From: a virus
Length of the DNA stretch: 64,000 bases
Reading direction: 5' to 3' (one strand)
IMG/VR virus record: IMGVR_UViG_3300042898_000852
Coordinates: 1 to 64,000 of that record
The translations under genes were made by a program, and so were the position numbers. Below, in pieces: positions 30,673 through 40,819 of the stretch. Each line of letters opens with the position of its first letter. The first letter of the stretch is position 1. The notes beneath the pieces are model-generated. The model was not told the DNA's origin. It did not search any database and was given only the letters and a program-made list of their open reading frames with translations.

Positions 30673-32484
30673 ATGCCATACATCATAAACAAATATAACG
30701 GGTCAGAACTTGTTGTTCTTCAAGACGGAACTTTAGATACTTCTACAAGTATTGGGTTACTTGGTAGAAATTATGTGGGCTACGGTGAAGTACAGAACGA
30801 AAATTTTCTATTTCTTTTAGAAAATTTTGCCGGAACAAATCCTCCTGCTCGTGCGGTAGAAGGTCAAACCTGGTATGATAGTGTCAATAACAAATTAAAT
30901 ACCTATGACGGCACCAATTGGGTGCCTGTGGGAGCTGCTACAGCTTTGGAAAATGCACCTTCTGGACCAACTGAAGGTGCTCTTTGGTATAAAATTTCAA
31001 CCAAACAATTGTATGTTTATTCTACTATATCAGGTTGGACGCTTGTAGGACCTGAGGGAGTATCTGGCTTTGGTGAAACACGGATCAAAGCAGCAATTTT
31101 AAGAGATGTTAACAGTATCAATCATGCAGTGTTATTGGTATTGGTTAATGATGAAGTATTGTCCATACACAGTTCAGATACTTTTACAATCAATGCTTTA
31201 GACGCTATTATTGGTTTTAATGAATTACAAAAAGGTGTTACACTGTCAACAAACACCGTAATCAACGGTAATCTTTTAGGTAATTCGTCCACTGCCACTA
31301 GATTACAAAACGGAAGATTTATCAACGGTGCTTATTTTGATGGTAACAATGATATTACTATTACTGCTAATACTCCTGCTATCCTTACTAGAGGCACATA
31401 TTTAACAGGCAGTAATTTTAACGGCAGTGCAGCTGCCACTTGGTCAGTAGATGCATCGTCGATCAATACCATAGGTAAGGTAGTTGCTAGAGATAGCACA
31501 GGCAGTTTTGCAGGCGGCACAATCTCCGCAGATCAATTTATTGGACCATTAACAGGCAATGTTACTGCAATATCTGGTACTAGTTCATTTTATAGTCTTG
31601 TAGCTAACAATATACAGGGTTTTACTTTCAGCGGGCTTGCAGCGCAGGCCAGCACACTAGCGCCCGGACGAGCCATTAATGGTGTGCAGTTTAACGGATC
31701 GCAAGATATTACAGTTACAGCCGCAGCTAACACCTTGAGTGGAACAACTCTAGCTGCTGGCATAATTGATTCATCGTTGACTTCGGTGGGAACATTAGCA
31801 GGTGTCTCAGTTACTGATGCAGGAGCAACCATAGGAGATGCAGGAGAAATACATTTTTTTATAAATGGAAACGCTCCTACTTTAGCTATTACTAATGGTC
31901 TGGGTCTTACAATCACTATCAATGATGCGTTTCAAACCGGCGATGAAGCAAGTTTTGAGTTTATTTCAAGCTCTGTAGCACTTGCTGCCGGCGGCACATC
32001 AGATCCTACTTTTGTAGGAGATGCTAACAGTAAATGTAATATAGGACTACCGGGACGAACGTTTGGCAGCGTATATGCAGATATTTTTAACGGTGTTGCC
32101 ACCAGCGCACAATATGCTGACTTGGCTGAAAATTACACAGCAGATGCAGAATATGCCCCGGGTACAGTGCTAGAATTTGGTGGTGAATTTGAAGTTACAC
32201 TGGCACAAGATGGTACTAACAGAGTAGCAGGAGTTGTCACTACAAATCCTGCTTATTTAATGAACAGTAACTGTCAAGGAACATATGTGGCAGCTGTGGC
32301 TTTACAGGGAAGAACACCTTGTAAAGTTAGAGGCCTGATAAGAAAGGGCGATATGTTGATCAGCGGTGGAAACGGGTTTGCTAGAACTACCCAAACTCTA
32401 CAAATGGGCACTGTTATAGGCAAAGCACTGGGTGATTTCGATGGCATAGAAGGCATAATCGAAGTTGCTGTGGGTAGATTATAA
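30673..32484 (+). CDS. Tail fibre-like protein (paralog 3) with C-terminal YADLAE chaperone-like domain
   Basis: Shared N-terminus; INGVQFNGSQDIT repeats; ATSAQYADLAENY...GRTPCKV; TAAATA at 30651-30656. Confidence 0.75.
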   Translation: MPYIINKYNGSELVVLQDGTLDTSTSIGLLGRNYVGYGEVQNENFLFLLENFAGTNPPARAVEGQTWYDSVNNKLNTYDGTNWVPVGAATALENAPSGPTEGALWYKISTKQLYVYSTISGWTLVGPEGVSGFGETRIKAAILRDVNSINHAVLLVLVNDEVLSIHSSDTFTINALDAIIGFNELQKGVTLSTNTVINGNLLGNSSTATRLQNGRFINGAYFDGNNDITITANTPAILTRGTYLTGSNFNGSAAATWSVDASSINTIGKVVARDSTGSFAGGTISADQFIGPLTGNVTAISGTSSFYSLVANNIQGFTFSGLAAQASTLAPGRAINGVQFNGSQDITVTAAANTLSGTTLAAGIIDSSLTSVGTLAGVSVTDAGATIGDAGEIHFFINGNAPTLAITNGLGLTITINDAFQTGDEASFEFISSSVALAAGGTSDPTFVGDANSKCNIGLPGRTFGSVYADIFNGVATSAQYADLAENYTADAEYAPGTVLEFGGEFEVTLAQDGTNRVAGVVTTNPAYLMNSNCQGTYVAAVALQGRTPCKVRGLIRKGDMLISGGNGFARTTQTLQMGTVIGKALGDFDGIEGIIEVAVGRL

Positions 32485-32528
32485 TAAATCTACTCAGATA
32501 AATAATAGAATAATATTGGAGTAGATTG

Positions 32529-34277
32529 ATGGCATATCAAGTAGACAAATTTAATGGCACGTTTTTAGTCTCAGTAGAAGACGGTACCATTGATACCACT
32601 ACTGATCTACGCTTCTTAGGTAAAAATTACGCAGGCTATGGCGAAGTACAGAACGAAAATTTCTTACACCTTTTAGAGAATTTTGCCAATACTTCTGCTC
32701 CACCGAGAGCTGTGTTAGGTCAAGTTTGGTACGACAGCACAAACAAAAAGATTAAATTCTATGATGGATCTAGATTTAGAACATCTGGCGGATCGGAAGT
32801 TAGTGCAACAGCACCTTCCGGACTTGTTGCAGGAGATTTTTGGCTAGACACTACCACTGAGCAACTGTATGTATCTAATGGTACATCCTTTGTGCTGGTA
32901 GGACCGCAAATAGCAGAAGACCCCGGAGCCACAGCTGTAGAAGTGGTGGTAGTAAAAGATGTCAGTAACGTAAATCACACAATTATTAAATTTACTGTTA
33001 GCAGCGATACGCAATATATAATGAGCAAGACTGCGTTTACATTGAGTCCGTCAGTGAATCCTATTACTGGTTTTAGTGAAATCAAGAAAGGTCTTACTTT
33101 AATCAATACTCCGTCTACCGGGGTGACCACAGATGATCATATTCATTGGGGCACAACTTCTAATGCAGCTAAACTAGGAGGATTTGCAGCCAGTGAATAT
33201 CTAAGAAATACCAATGCACTGTTTCCAAACGGTGCCAAGTTTTATGATGTTGGTTACACCTTGGGTGACACTGATGATTTAAAAGTATTTGTTGAATCCG
33301 GTGATCAACCGATTATTTCTAATCAACTAGGATCTTCTGGATCTCAAACAATCACAGTGAGAATTGTGACATCTGGCGGTGATAGAGACTATGTATTTGG
33401 TGCAGATGCCATCTACCCAGCAGCAAACAATGCAAGAAATCTAGGTGCTACATCTGCAAGATGGGCCACAGTGTTTGCTACCACATTTAATGGGGCTCTT
33501 ACTGGCAACGTCACTGGCAACGTCACTGGCAACGTCACTGGCAACGTCACTGGCTCAGTCAACGGATCGTTGACTGGTAATATAATTTCGTCCACAGGAG
33601 TCACTGTATTAAATTCCGGTGCAGGTGCAGGTACAGCGGTATATGTGGGATCTGTAAACGGAACGGCCAGTAATGCCTTGCAATTGAATAATAAAATACA
33701 AGATGTTACTGCTGCTGCCGATACCATTGCGCTAAGAGATGCTAGTGGTAATCTAGTGGCCAATCAATTCACCGGCACAGCTACCCAAGCAGACACACTA
33801 TTGTGGAGCGGCTCGTATAGAACAGCAGCTAGTACTTCAACAGCTAACACTGTTGTGATTAGGGATGCAAGTTCTAACATTTATTGTAATGTTTTAAATG
33901 GAACTGCTACTTCAGCACAGTATGCTGACCTTGCAGAAAAGTACCTAACAGATCAAGAATACGATACCGGCACAGTGGTAGTTGTCGGCGGCGAAAAAGA
34001 AGTCACTGCTAGCACTTGGGGTAAACGTGCTATTGGTGTAGTAAGTGCTAATCCTGCATTTATGATGAATCGAGATCTAGAAGGCGGTACATATATTGCC
34101 CTTAAAGGTCGAGTTCCAGTAAAAGTAATAGGATCAGTTAAAAAGGGAGACAATCTAATAGCAGCCAATGACGGTTGTGCTTCTGTAGCAGTTCACCATT
34201 CCAGTGAAGTGTTTGCAGTGGCATTAGAATCTAATAGCGATACAAGTGTGAAACTTGTTGAAGCTGTAATATTGTAA
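32529..34277 (+). CDS. Tail fibre-like protein (paralog 4) with C-terminal YADLAE domain
   Basis: Shared N-terminus; (TGNV)n repeats; ATSAQYADLAEKY...GRVPVKV; TAAATA at 32499-32504. Confidence 0.75.
   Translation: MAYQVDKFNGTFLVSVEDGTIDTTTDLRFLGKNYAGYGEVQNENFLHLLENFANTSAPPRAVLGQVWYDSTNKKIKFYDGSRFRTSGGSEVSATAPSGLVAGDFWLDTTTEQLYVSNGTSFVLVGPQIAEDPGATAVEVVVVKDVSNVNHTIIKFTVSSDTQYIMSKTAFTLSPSVNPITGFSEIKKGLTLINTPSTGVTTDDHIHWGTTSNAAKLGGFAASEYLRNTNALFPNGAKFYDVGYTLGDTDDLKVFVESGDQPIISNQLGSSGSQTITVRIVTSGGDRDYVFGADAIYPAANNARNLGATSARWATVFATTFNGALTGNVTGNVTGNVTGNVTGSVNGSLTGNIISSTGVTVLNSGAGAGTAVYVGSVNGTASNALQLNNKIQDVTAAADTIALRDASGNLVANQFTGTATQADTLLWSGSYRTAASTSTANTVVIRDASSNIYCNVLNGTATSAQYADLAEKYLTDQEYDTGTVVVVGGEKEVTASTWGKRAIGVVSANPAFMMNRDLEGGTYIALKGRVPVKVIGSVKKGDNLIAANDGCASVAVHHSSEVFAVALESNSDTSVKLVEAVIL
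33501..33554 (+). repeat. Perfect tandem repeat (ACTGGCAACGTC)x4.5 encoding (TGNV)n
   Basis: Read directly from the sequence. Confidence 0.95.
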
Positions 34278-34286
34278 GGATTTAAA

Positions 34287-35174
34287 ATGGCTGCAGGTAC
34301 AGGATCAATAATTGAAGCAGTAGACTATAATACAATAAGAACAAAAATTATTGGTATTATGGGAACAGGAGCCGGCCAATCGGGCTACGGCCAAACACTG
34401 TTAAGTTCGGCTGTGGCCTTTGGCAATACAGTGACAAAAGTACAATGGGACAATTTGAGATTTGACATATTCAACGCTAGACTTCATCAAGATGGCTTAT
34501 CACCAACTATTGTCAATGCAGTATCAGGGCAACCTGTGAGATTTGGTGCAGGACATCCCAACAATCAATACAACACTCAAGCAGATACTGCAATTGCAAA
34601 TAAATTTAATATAGGCACTGGCCAATTTGTTGTTGAGTCAGCCACGTCGGCTACTCGTTCTACAGCATGGAATTCAAGTCTTACAGCAACAGTTACAGTG
34701 ACTTTTTCCACAGCTGATCAAGCTCGTCACTTTTTTAACAGCGGCAGCAAGGTAAGGTGTGCAAGTTCTAGAACAGGTGGTACAGCAAGTCCACAAAATT
34801 CTTCATGGTCAAATATACTAGATACTGCTGGTACAGTGGCTTTTGGTGGAAATACCGCAGTATTGAATTTTTATAATTTGACAAATAGTTATCAAACATT
34901 TTTTAACTTGACCTCTAGTGCTCCGTATTCAGCAAATCAATATAGAATCGAAGTGGTTTCAAATGTGGCTGACAACAGTGTGGGCGGCGCAACTGTTTTG
35001 ACCTTTAGAGTCACGTATACTGATACCTATTCGAATTCTCCAGATAACGTTGATGGTACATTGACTCTTACTGTAGATGAATTAAGAGCATCAGGTACAC
35101 TGCAACCATTAGGGACTGGGCCATTTGTTATAACAAGACCCGGTTACTCCATCTCTGGTATATCTGGCTCTTAA
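34287..35174 (+). CDS. Virion structural protein (paralog A)
   Basis: S/T-rich; DYN...GYGQT, ARHFFNSG motifs shared with the next gene. Confidence 0.65.
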   Translation: MAAGTGSIIEAVDYNTIRTKIIGIMGTGAGQSGYGQTLLSSAVAFGNTVTKVQWDNLRFDIFNARLHQDGLSPTIVNAVSGQPVRFGAGHPNNQYNTQADTAIANKFNIGTGQFVVESATSATRSTAWNSSLTATVTVTFSTADQARHFFNSGSKVRCASSRTGGTASPQNSSWSNILDTAGTVAFGGNTAVLNFYNLTNSYQTFFNLTSSAPYSANQYRIEVVSNVADNSVGGATVLTFRVTYTDTYSNSPDNVDGTLTLTVDELRASGTLQPLGTGPFVITRPGYSISGISGS

Positions 35175-35180
35175 CACCCG

Positions 35181-35188
35181 TATAAATA
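35181..35188 (+). promoter_or_regulatory. T4-type late promoter TATAAATA
   Basis: Exact T4 late consensus in an intergenic gap. Confidence 0.75.
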
Positions 35189-35215
35189 GTCTTATGAAAA
35201 GGATTAAGGACTACA

Positions 35216-36121
35216 ATGGCTGTTAATGATCTTATAAAGACCACAGACTACAATAATCTACGTGCCAACATAATTGATATCATTGGCAACGGTTCAGCTA
35301 CCTATGGATACGGTCAAACTTTGCAGAGTTCAGACAAATCTACCCACGAAAAGATTAGTCAAACTGATTGGGATTTACTTCGATTTGATATTGTAAATGC
35401 AAGAACACATCAAGATGGAGTAGCACCAACAATCACAGATATCGATGAAGGTCAACTTTTATCTTTTAGTAATAACACTCAGTATAGCGGAGTAATTACG
35501 CCTGCCGTAACAAATAGATTCAATATAGGTTCAGGTAGATTTTTGACTGAAAGTGCAGTGAGTTCTACCAGGTCCACACAATGGAATAGTTTAGTTGTGT
35601 GTGAAGTCACAGCAACTTTCGCCAATGCCAATCTATGTCGTTGGTTTTTTAACAGCGGAGGACAGATTAGAATTCAATCTTCTAGAATCGACGGAGCCGG
35701 CACTGCTCAAAACAATGATTGGTCTAATTTAACCACCACCGCCGGAATGCAAGCATTTGGAAGTCAAACACCGTCTGCTGGATTTAGTCCAATGAACGGT
35801 CAAAATTTTTATAGATTAACTAACTCTTATCAAAATTTCTATACTTTATCTTCATCCGCCCCATATTCGTCAAATAGTTATAATTTAGATGCCAAGTGTG
35901 ATGTTGCAGATAATTCTGCTGGTACAGCTACCACGGTGTTTATCCGAGTTAGATTTGTTGACAATTACACTGATCCAGGAGCACCAGGCCCCGACGACAT
36001 TATCGACGGAACACTAACAGTTACAGTTACTGAAAAAAGAGCCACAGGATCTTTAGTTCCATCTGGAACCTTCACTATCACTAGACCCACATATTCAATC
36101 ACCGCAATCGGCGGAACATAA
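35216..36121 (+). CDS. Virion structural protein (paralog B)
   Basis: Clear paralog of 34287-35174 (RFDIxNAR.HQDG, FFNSG, FYxLTNSYQ, SSAPYS). Confidence 0.65.
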   Translation: MAVNDLIKTTDYNNLRANIIDIIGNGSATYGYGQTLQSSDKSTHEKISQTDWDLLRFDIVNARTHQDGVAPTITDIDEGQLLSFSNNTQYSGVITPAVTNRFNIGSGRFLTESAVSSTRSTQWNSLVVCEVTATFANANLCRWFFNSGGQIRIQSSRIDGAGTAQNNDWSNLTTTAGMQAFGSQTPSAGFSPMNGQNFYRLTNSYQNFYTLSSSAPYSSNSYNLDAKCDVADNSAGTATTVFIRVRFVDNYTDPGAPGPDDIIDGTLTVTVTEKRATGSLVPSGTFTITRPTYSITAIGGT

Positions 36122-36139
36122 TTTTTCATCGATGACAGC

Positions 36140-36158
36140 AGCATATAAATAATATGCT
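36140..36158 (+). promoter_or_regulatory. Late promoter TATAAATA (36144-36151) embedded in the inverted repeat AGCATAT-N5-ATATGCT; heads the glycosyltransferase cassette
   Basis: Read directly from the sequence. Confidence 0.7.
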
Positions 36159-36177
36159 ACTATAACTGAGGATGATT

Positions 36178-36528
36178 ATGGACGACCGTTTACAAACTGC
36201 ATTGGATTTTTCTAAGTATCGCCAAACACTTTCAATACAACGAAGGCTTCTAAAAGAAAAACTACAAGCTAAATTAACCTATGGCACTGCCGGTGGCATT
36301 TTTTACATTGATCATTCTTTAATTTCTTTTGTACAATTATGTATTGATCAAGGGAGAGTATCTGGTATACCGTTAATTGATAGCAATGAAAATCCTGTCC
36401 TAATCGATGACTTAATTAAATTTCGAGATGAAATTTTTGATAGATATTTCTCAGCTAGTTTCCAATATATGAGCGAATATGACGCTATTAAAAAAAGTAG
36501 AACAGTTGAAAAATTAGTAGATTTATGA
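36178..36528 (+). CDS. Hypothetical protein, first gene of the glycosyltransferase cassette
   Basis: ORF with GAGG SD; ATGA overlap with the next gene. Confidence 0.7.
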   Translation: MDDRLQTALDFSKYRQTLSIQRRLLKEKLQAKLTYGTAGGIFYIDHSLISFVQLCIDQGRVSGIPLIDSNENPVLIDDLIKFRDEIFDRYFSASFQYMSEYDAIKKSRTVEKLVDL

Positions 36529-37382
36529 AAAGAGGAATATTAATATTTGCTCACAACAGCAGAGACGTCGATTATGCTTTAATGTCTTTGGTATCTGCAA
36601 AGTTTGCAAAAGCAAATTTACAAGTTCCTGTATCTTTAGTAGTTGATAAATTTACTGTGGAATGGATGCAGACATCTAATATCTATAATCTTTCTCAGGA
36701 AATTTTTGATAAAATTATAGAAATTGAAAAACCAGTAACTCAAAATACTCGTGTGTTACACGATGGATATACTTCTAAAACAGTTCCTTTTGTAAATTCA
36801 AATAGGGCTTCAGTTTGGGATCTTACTCCATATGACAGAACATTATTAATAGACAGTGATTTTTTGATAATGTCTGACAGACTCGAAGAGTATTGGGAAG
36901 TTGATTCGAGTGTAATGTTATCTTCATCTATGCAAGATGTTAGGGGAGATAGGAAAGGTATTTTAGATTCTTGGGTGTCTGAAACTGGAATTGCCTTATA
37001 TTGGGCTACCACAGTGATGTTTACTAAGAATAATGAATCTAAAATATTTTTTGATCTAGTAGATGTTATTAGAACAAACTACAATTATTTTGCAGACTTA
37101 TTTAGATTTAATCCTAAACAATACAGAAATGACATTGCTTTTAGTATAGCAAAGCATATGCTAAATGGCTTTGAAACTAGAGGAGAAAATCTTCCTCCGA
37201 TACTAACATTATTAGATAAAGACCTAATTCATTCTATTGACAAAAATCAACTGCGTGTTTATCTAAATGACAATATGTCTGAGGATCATGTGGTTATTGC
37301 ATCAATCAAAGATTTAGATGTTCACGTAATGAATAAACAAAGCATAATTAGGAATGCAAAAGAATTTTTGGAAATACTATGA
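36525..37382 (+). CDS. GT-A fold glycosyltransferase (GT8-like)
   Basis: GILIFA N-terminal strand; TPYDRTLLIDSDFL (DxD); RNDIAFSIA. Confidence 0.75.
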   Translation: MKRGILIFAHNSRDVDYALMSLVSAKFAKANLQVPVSLVVDKFTVEWMQTSNIYNLSQEIFDKIIEIEKPVTQNTRVLHDGYTSKTVPFVNSNRASVWDLTPYDRTLLIDSDFLIMSDRLEEYWEVDSSVMLSSSMQDVRGDRKGILDSWVSETGIALYWATTVMFTKNNESKIFFDLVDVIRTNYNYFADLFRFNPKQYRNDIAFSIAKHMLNGFETRGENLPPILTLLDKDLIHSIDKNQLRVYLNDNMSEDHVVIASIKDLDVHVMNKQSIIRNAKEFLEIL

Positions 37383-38218
37383 CTTTTGGATATCTTATTG
37401 TAGTTTCTAAAAACGATTCGGTTGATTATTTAAAATTGGCCTATGCTCTAGCATTAAGCATTAAAAATACTCAACAAAAAGGATTTGACAAAGTAGCATT
37501 AGTAACCGATAATATTGAAGATGTTAAAAAACTAAAAAGTTCCTGGGTGTTTGATAAAATTATTGAATGGAATCAAGAAACTTTTTGGGATGGTCGAAGT
37601 TGGATGGATAAATTAAGTCCTTGGGATCACACTATATGTCTAGATGCAGACATGTTGTTTTTTAGAGACTGCAGACATTGGGTTGAATACTTTATTGAGA
37701 ACACTGAATTATATATTCCCAACAAGGCGTATACCTATCGCGGAGAACTTGTAAAAGATTCATATTATAGAAAAACATTTGAACGTAACGATCTACCTAA
37801 TTTATATTCTTTTTATACATTCTTTAAAAAAGATTCTAAACTAGCTGAAGAATTCTTTTTACTAGGTAGGTATATTTTAAAAAATCCTAATGAATTTAAA
37901 AATCTATTTCTAGAAAATTATCTTCCAAAAGTTGTAGGCACAGACGAAGCATTTTCTCTAGCTGCAAAAATTTTAGACATTCAAGATGATATAAGCTATG
38001 ATTTAGAATTTCCCAAGGTAGTACATTTAAAACCAATGATACAAAATTGGCCGTGGCCTGCTGATAAAGTTTCTGATCATGTTGGATTTTATTTTGATCT
38101 GCAAGGTAAATTAAAAATTGGAAATTATCAGCAACAGGATATTGTTCATTACAACGAAAAAAATTACATAACCGACGAAATCACTAACATTTTAGAGGAA
38201 ATATTATGGAAGAAATAA
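37379..38218 (+). CDS. GT-A fold glycosyltransferase (GT8-like), paralog of the previous gene
   Basis: YLKLAYALALSIK; SPWDHTICLDADML (DxD); TDEAFSLA; VHLKP. Confidence 0.75.
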   Translation: MTFGYLIVVSKNDSVDYLKLAYALALSIKNTQQKGFDKVALVTDNIEDVKKLKSSWVFDKIIEWNQETFWDGRSWMDKLSPWDHTICLDADMLFFRDCRHWVEYFIENTELYIPNKAYTYRGELVKDSYYRKTFERNDLPNLYSFYTFFKKDSKLAEEFFLLGRYILKNPNEFKNLFLENYLPKVVGTDEAFSLAAKILDIQDDISYDLEFPKVVHLKPMIQNWPWPADKVSDHVGFYFDLQGKLKIGNYQQQDIVHYNEKNYITDEITNILEEILWKK

Positions 38219-38796
38219 TTGATTTTGACAGTTGGTTACAACAATATACTGCACCACAAGTAGAATACTGGGCAATTTTTGAACCTACTACTGGTGAAGT
38301 CACTGGAATTTATCCCGATTCTGCTGCTGATGATAAACAATATAAAATAAAAATTGATAGCGATCTGGCAGAAGATATACATAACGGAATAATTCAAATG
38401 AGTTCTTGTTTTGTAGATATAGATTCCGAAACAATTGAAATTGTTACTAAGCACAGTCTTATTAAAATTGACGATGTTTTGCATAGAGTAATTGATAAAA
38501 AATATAGGGCAACTCAAAAAAATGATATTATTATTCAATTTAACGAATTAGAAAATAAAATAATTTTTGTTTTATACAGTTCAACTAACACTAGAAAAAT
38601 ACATCGGGACGGCAGTACTGAAATGCAGTTTTTTATCACCTCCTATAATGATCCACATAATCTTTACCAAACAATAACTTTTCAACTAAAAGATTTAGAA
38701 CAAGGTTCTAAAGAATTTATATACACTGGCCCCCACAAACGATTTAGTATTTTTACAAGAAGAATATTAAAAAATTATGTTTTTGAAAAAATATGA
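38206..38796 (+). CDS. Hypothetical protein in the GT cassette
   Basis: ORF overlapping both neighbours. Confidence 0.7.
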   Translation: MEEIIDFDSWLQQYTAPQVEYWAIFEPTTGEVTGIYPDSAADDKQYKIKIDSDLAEDIHNGIIQMSSCFVDIDSETIEIVTKHSLIKIDDVLHRVIDKKYRATQKNDIIIQFNELENKIIFVLYSSTNTRKIHRDGSTEMQFFITSYNDPHNLYQTITFQLKDLEQGSKEFIYTGPHKRFSIFTRRILKNYVFEKI

Positions 38797-39689
38797 AAAC
38801 CATAGAACTAGATATTGTATTTTTAAGCTATGACGAGCCTAATGCAGATTTACATTATGCAGATCTATGCAATAAAGTTCCTTGGGCTAAACGAGTACAC
38901 GGAATAAAAGGCAGTGATGAAGCACACAAAGAAGCTGCAAGACAATCAGAAACAGATTGGGTTGTTACTATAGATGCAGACAATATTGTTGACACAAAAT
39001 TTTTTAACACAGAGTTTGATTCCGATCAAAAAAATTTACAAGTAGTTAGCTGGTTAGCACGTAATAGAATTAATGGATTAAGATATGGCAATGGCGGCCT
39101 TAAAATTTGGCGTAAAGATTTTATTCTAAATATGAAAACGCACGAAGCTAGTAACAATGAAAGAGCACAGGTAGACTTTTGTTGGGAACAAGGTTATCAA
39201 CAATTTAAAGAGTGCTATAGCGAAACAGTTATCACAGGATCGCCTTTTCAGGCCTGGAGAGCAGGATTTCGTGAAGGAGTAAAAATGACATTGCTTGACG
39301 GAGTTCGAGTCCCGCCGGATGAAATTCGTGAACGAGTGTGGTGGCATAACTTACATAGACTGCGTATGTGGTCAACTGTGGGCTCACATGAAGAAAATGG
39401 TATATATGCTGTCTACGGAGCTAGACTGGGTACTTGGTTAGCAAATTGCACTAAGTGGAATTATGTGGAAGTTAGAGATTTTGAAATCCTTAAAGATATT
39501 TGGAATCAATATGGACGTCCGTACGAAAAGGTTAATCAAGAAGGACTGGTTGAAGAAATAAAATTACTTGGTGAAAAAATTAAATTAGGATTGGGATTTG
39601 ATTATCCTTATTTAGATCCCAAACAAAGTAAGTATACCTTGGACTTGTATAACGAAACAATAAATTTAACAAATACCTATTTAAAATGA
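38793..39689 (+). CDS. GT-A fold glycosyltransferase (GT2-like)
   Basis: DIVFLSYDEP, RVHGIKG..AH, VTIDADN (DxD), YGNGGLK, AWRAGFREG. Confidence 0.7.
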   Translation: MKTIELDIVFLSYDEPNADLHYADLCNKVPWAKRVHGIKGSDEAHKEAARQSETDWVVTIDADNIVDTKFFNTEFDSDQKNLQVVSWLARNRINGLRYGNGGLKIWRKDFILNMKTHEASNNERAQVDFCWEQGYQQFKECYSETVITGSPFQAWRAGFREGVKMTLLDGVRVPPDEIRERVWWHNLHRLRMWSTVGSHEENGIYAVYGARLGTWLANCTKWNYVEVRDFEILKDIWNQYGRPYEKVNQEGLVEEIKLLGEKIKLGLGFDYPYLDPKQSKYTLDLYNETINLTNTYLK

Positions 39690-40774
39690 TCTACGATATT
39701 TTTTATGTAAGCAAAAACACCGTTAATGACACCAAGTGGCTATCTTTTAATAAAAGATTTCCATTATCTCAAAAAATTGAAAATATAAAATGTTTCTCAG
39801 ATATTTCTAACAAAACATTTACTAAATTATTTTGGGTAGTTTGGGATGATTTAATTATTTCGAATGATTTTAATTTTAATTATATTGTTCCAAAATGGGA
39901 TGAAAAATATATTCATGTTTTTAAAAATGCAGAGCACTTTGATGGCGTAGCATTATTCTCAAAATATTCAGATGTAAGTGACAAAGAATTTGAAAAAAGA
40001 TTTTACAGAAATCACAAAAAAATAGATATAATTGCCAGCAACCCAACAGACACTGAACTTTATGATATAGTGTTTATCAGTTATAATGAGCCGACCGCTG
40101 ATATTAATTTTATAAATTTAAAATCAAAATTTCCAAGAGCTAAAAGAGTTCACGGAATAAAAGGAATACACCAAGCACATATTACAGCTGCCAAACTAGC
40201 AGATACCTGTATGTTTTGGGTAGTAGATGGTGATGCTGAAATTTTAGAAGATTTTAATTTTGATCATGAAGTATCTACTCATGAAAAAGATATCGTACAC
40301 GTTTGGCGTAGTAAAAATCCTATTAATGATTTAGTATACGGATATGGTGGTGTGAAACTATTGCCAACTTTGTTGACTATGGGTATGGATGTATCTAAGC
40401 CAGATATGACAACTAGTATATCTAATAAATTTAAAGCAGTTAAAGCTATATCAAACATCACGGCATTTAATACTGATCCGTTTAACACTTGGAAATCAGC
40501 GTTTAGAGAATGTTGTAAATTATCTAGTAAAATTATTGATAGACAAAAAAGCGAAGAAACATTGTATAGACTTGACGTATGGTGTACGCTAGGTATTGAT
40601 CGACCGTTTGGACAAGATGCGATTGCCGGAGCAATAGCAGGTAAGGAATATGGTAGTGCAAATATAGATAATTTAGAAGCACTAAAAAAGATTAATGATT
40701 TTGATTGGTTAAAAGAATATTATGAACAACAAACAAAAAATAAACCTCAAGCAGGCATCAATCGTCTTGACTAA
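39686..40774 (+). CDS. GT-A glycosyltransferase with a degenerate N-terminal duplicate domain
   Basis: C-terminal domain DIVFISYNEP...FWVVDGDA...YGYGGVKL...WKSAFRE; N-terminal domain YDIFYVS...FWVVWDD...GVALF. Confidence 0.7.
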   Translation: MIYDIFYVSKNTVNDTKWLSFNKRFPLSQKIENIKCFSDISNKTFTKLFWVVWDDLIISNDFNFNYIVPKWDEKYIHVFKNAEHFDGVALFSKYSDVSDKEFEKRFYRNHKKIDIIASNPTDTELYDIVFISYNEPTADINFINLKSKFPRAKRVHGIKGIHQAHITAAKLADTCMFWVVDGDAEILEDFNFDHEVSTHEKDIVHVWRSKNPINDLVYGYGGVKLLPTLLTMGMDVSKPDMTTSISNKFKAVKAISNITAFNTDPFNTWKSAFRECCKLSSKIIDRQKSEETLYRLDVWCTLGIDRPFGQDAIAGAIAGKEYGSANIDNLEALKKINDFDWLKEYYEQQTKNKPQAGINRLD

Positions 40775-40819
40775 TCAAATCACAAGACAGTCGTTAGGCC
40801 TAAATAAGAAAAAACTATA

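Noticed and set aside
2516-39347. Many 60-160 aa minus-strand ORFs inside structural genes (and plus-strand ORFs inside the replication block)
   Set aside because: Antisense shadows of long genes; no SDs or recognisable motifs
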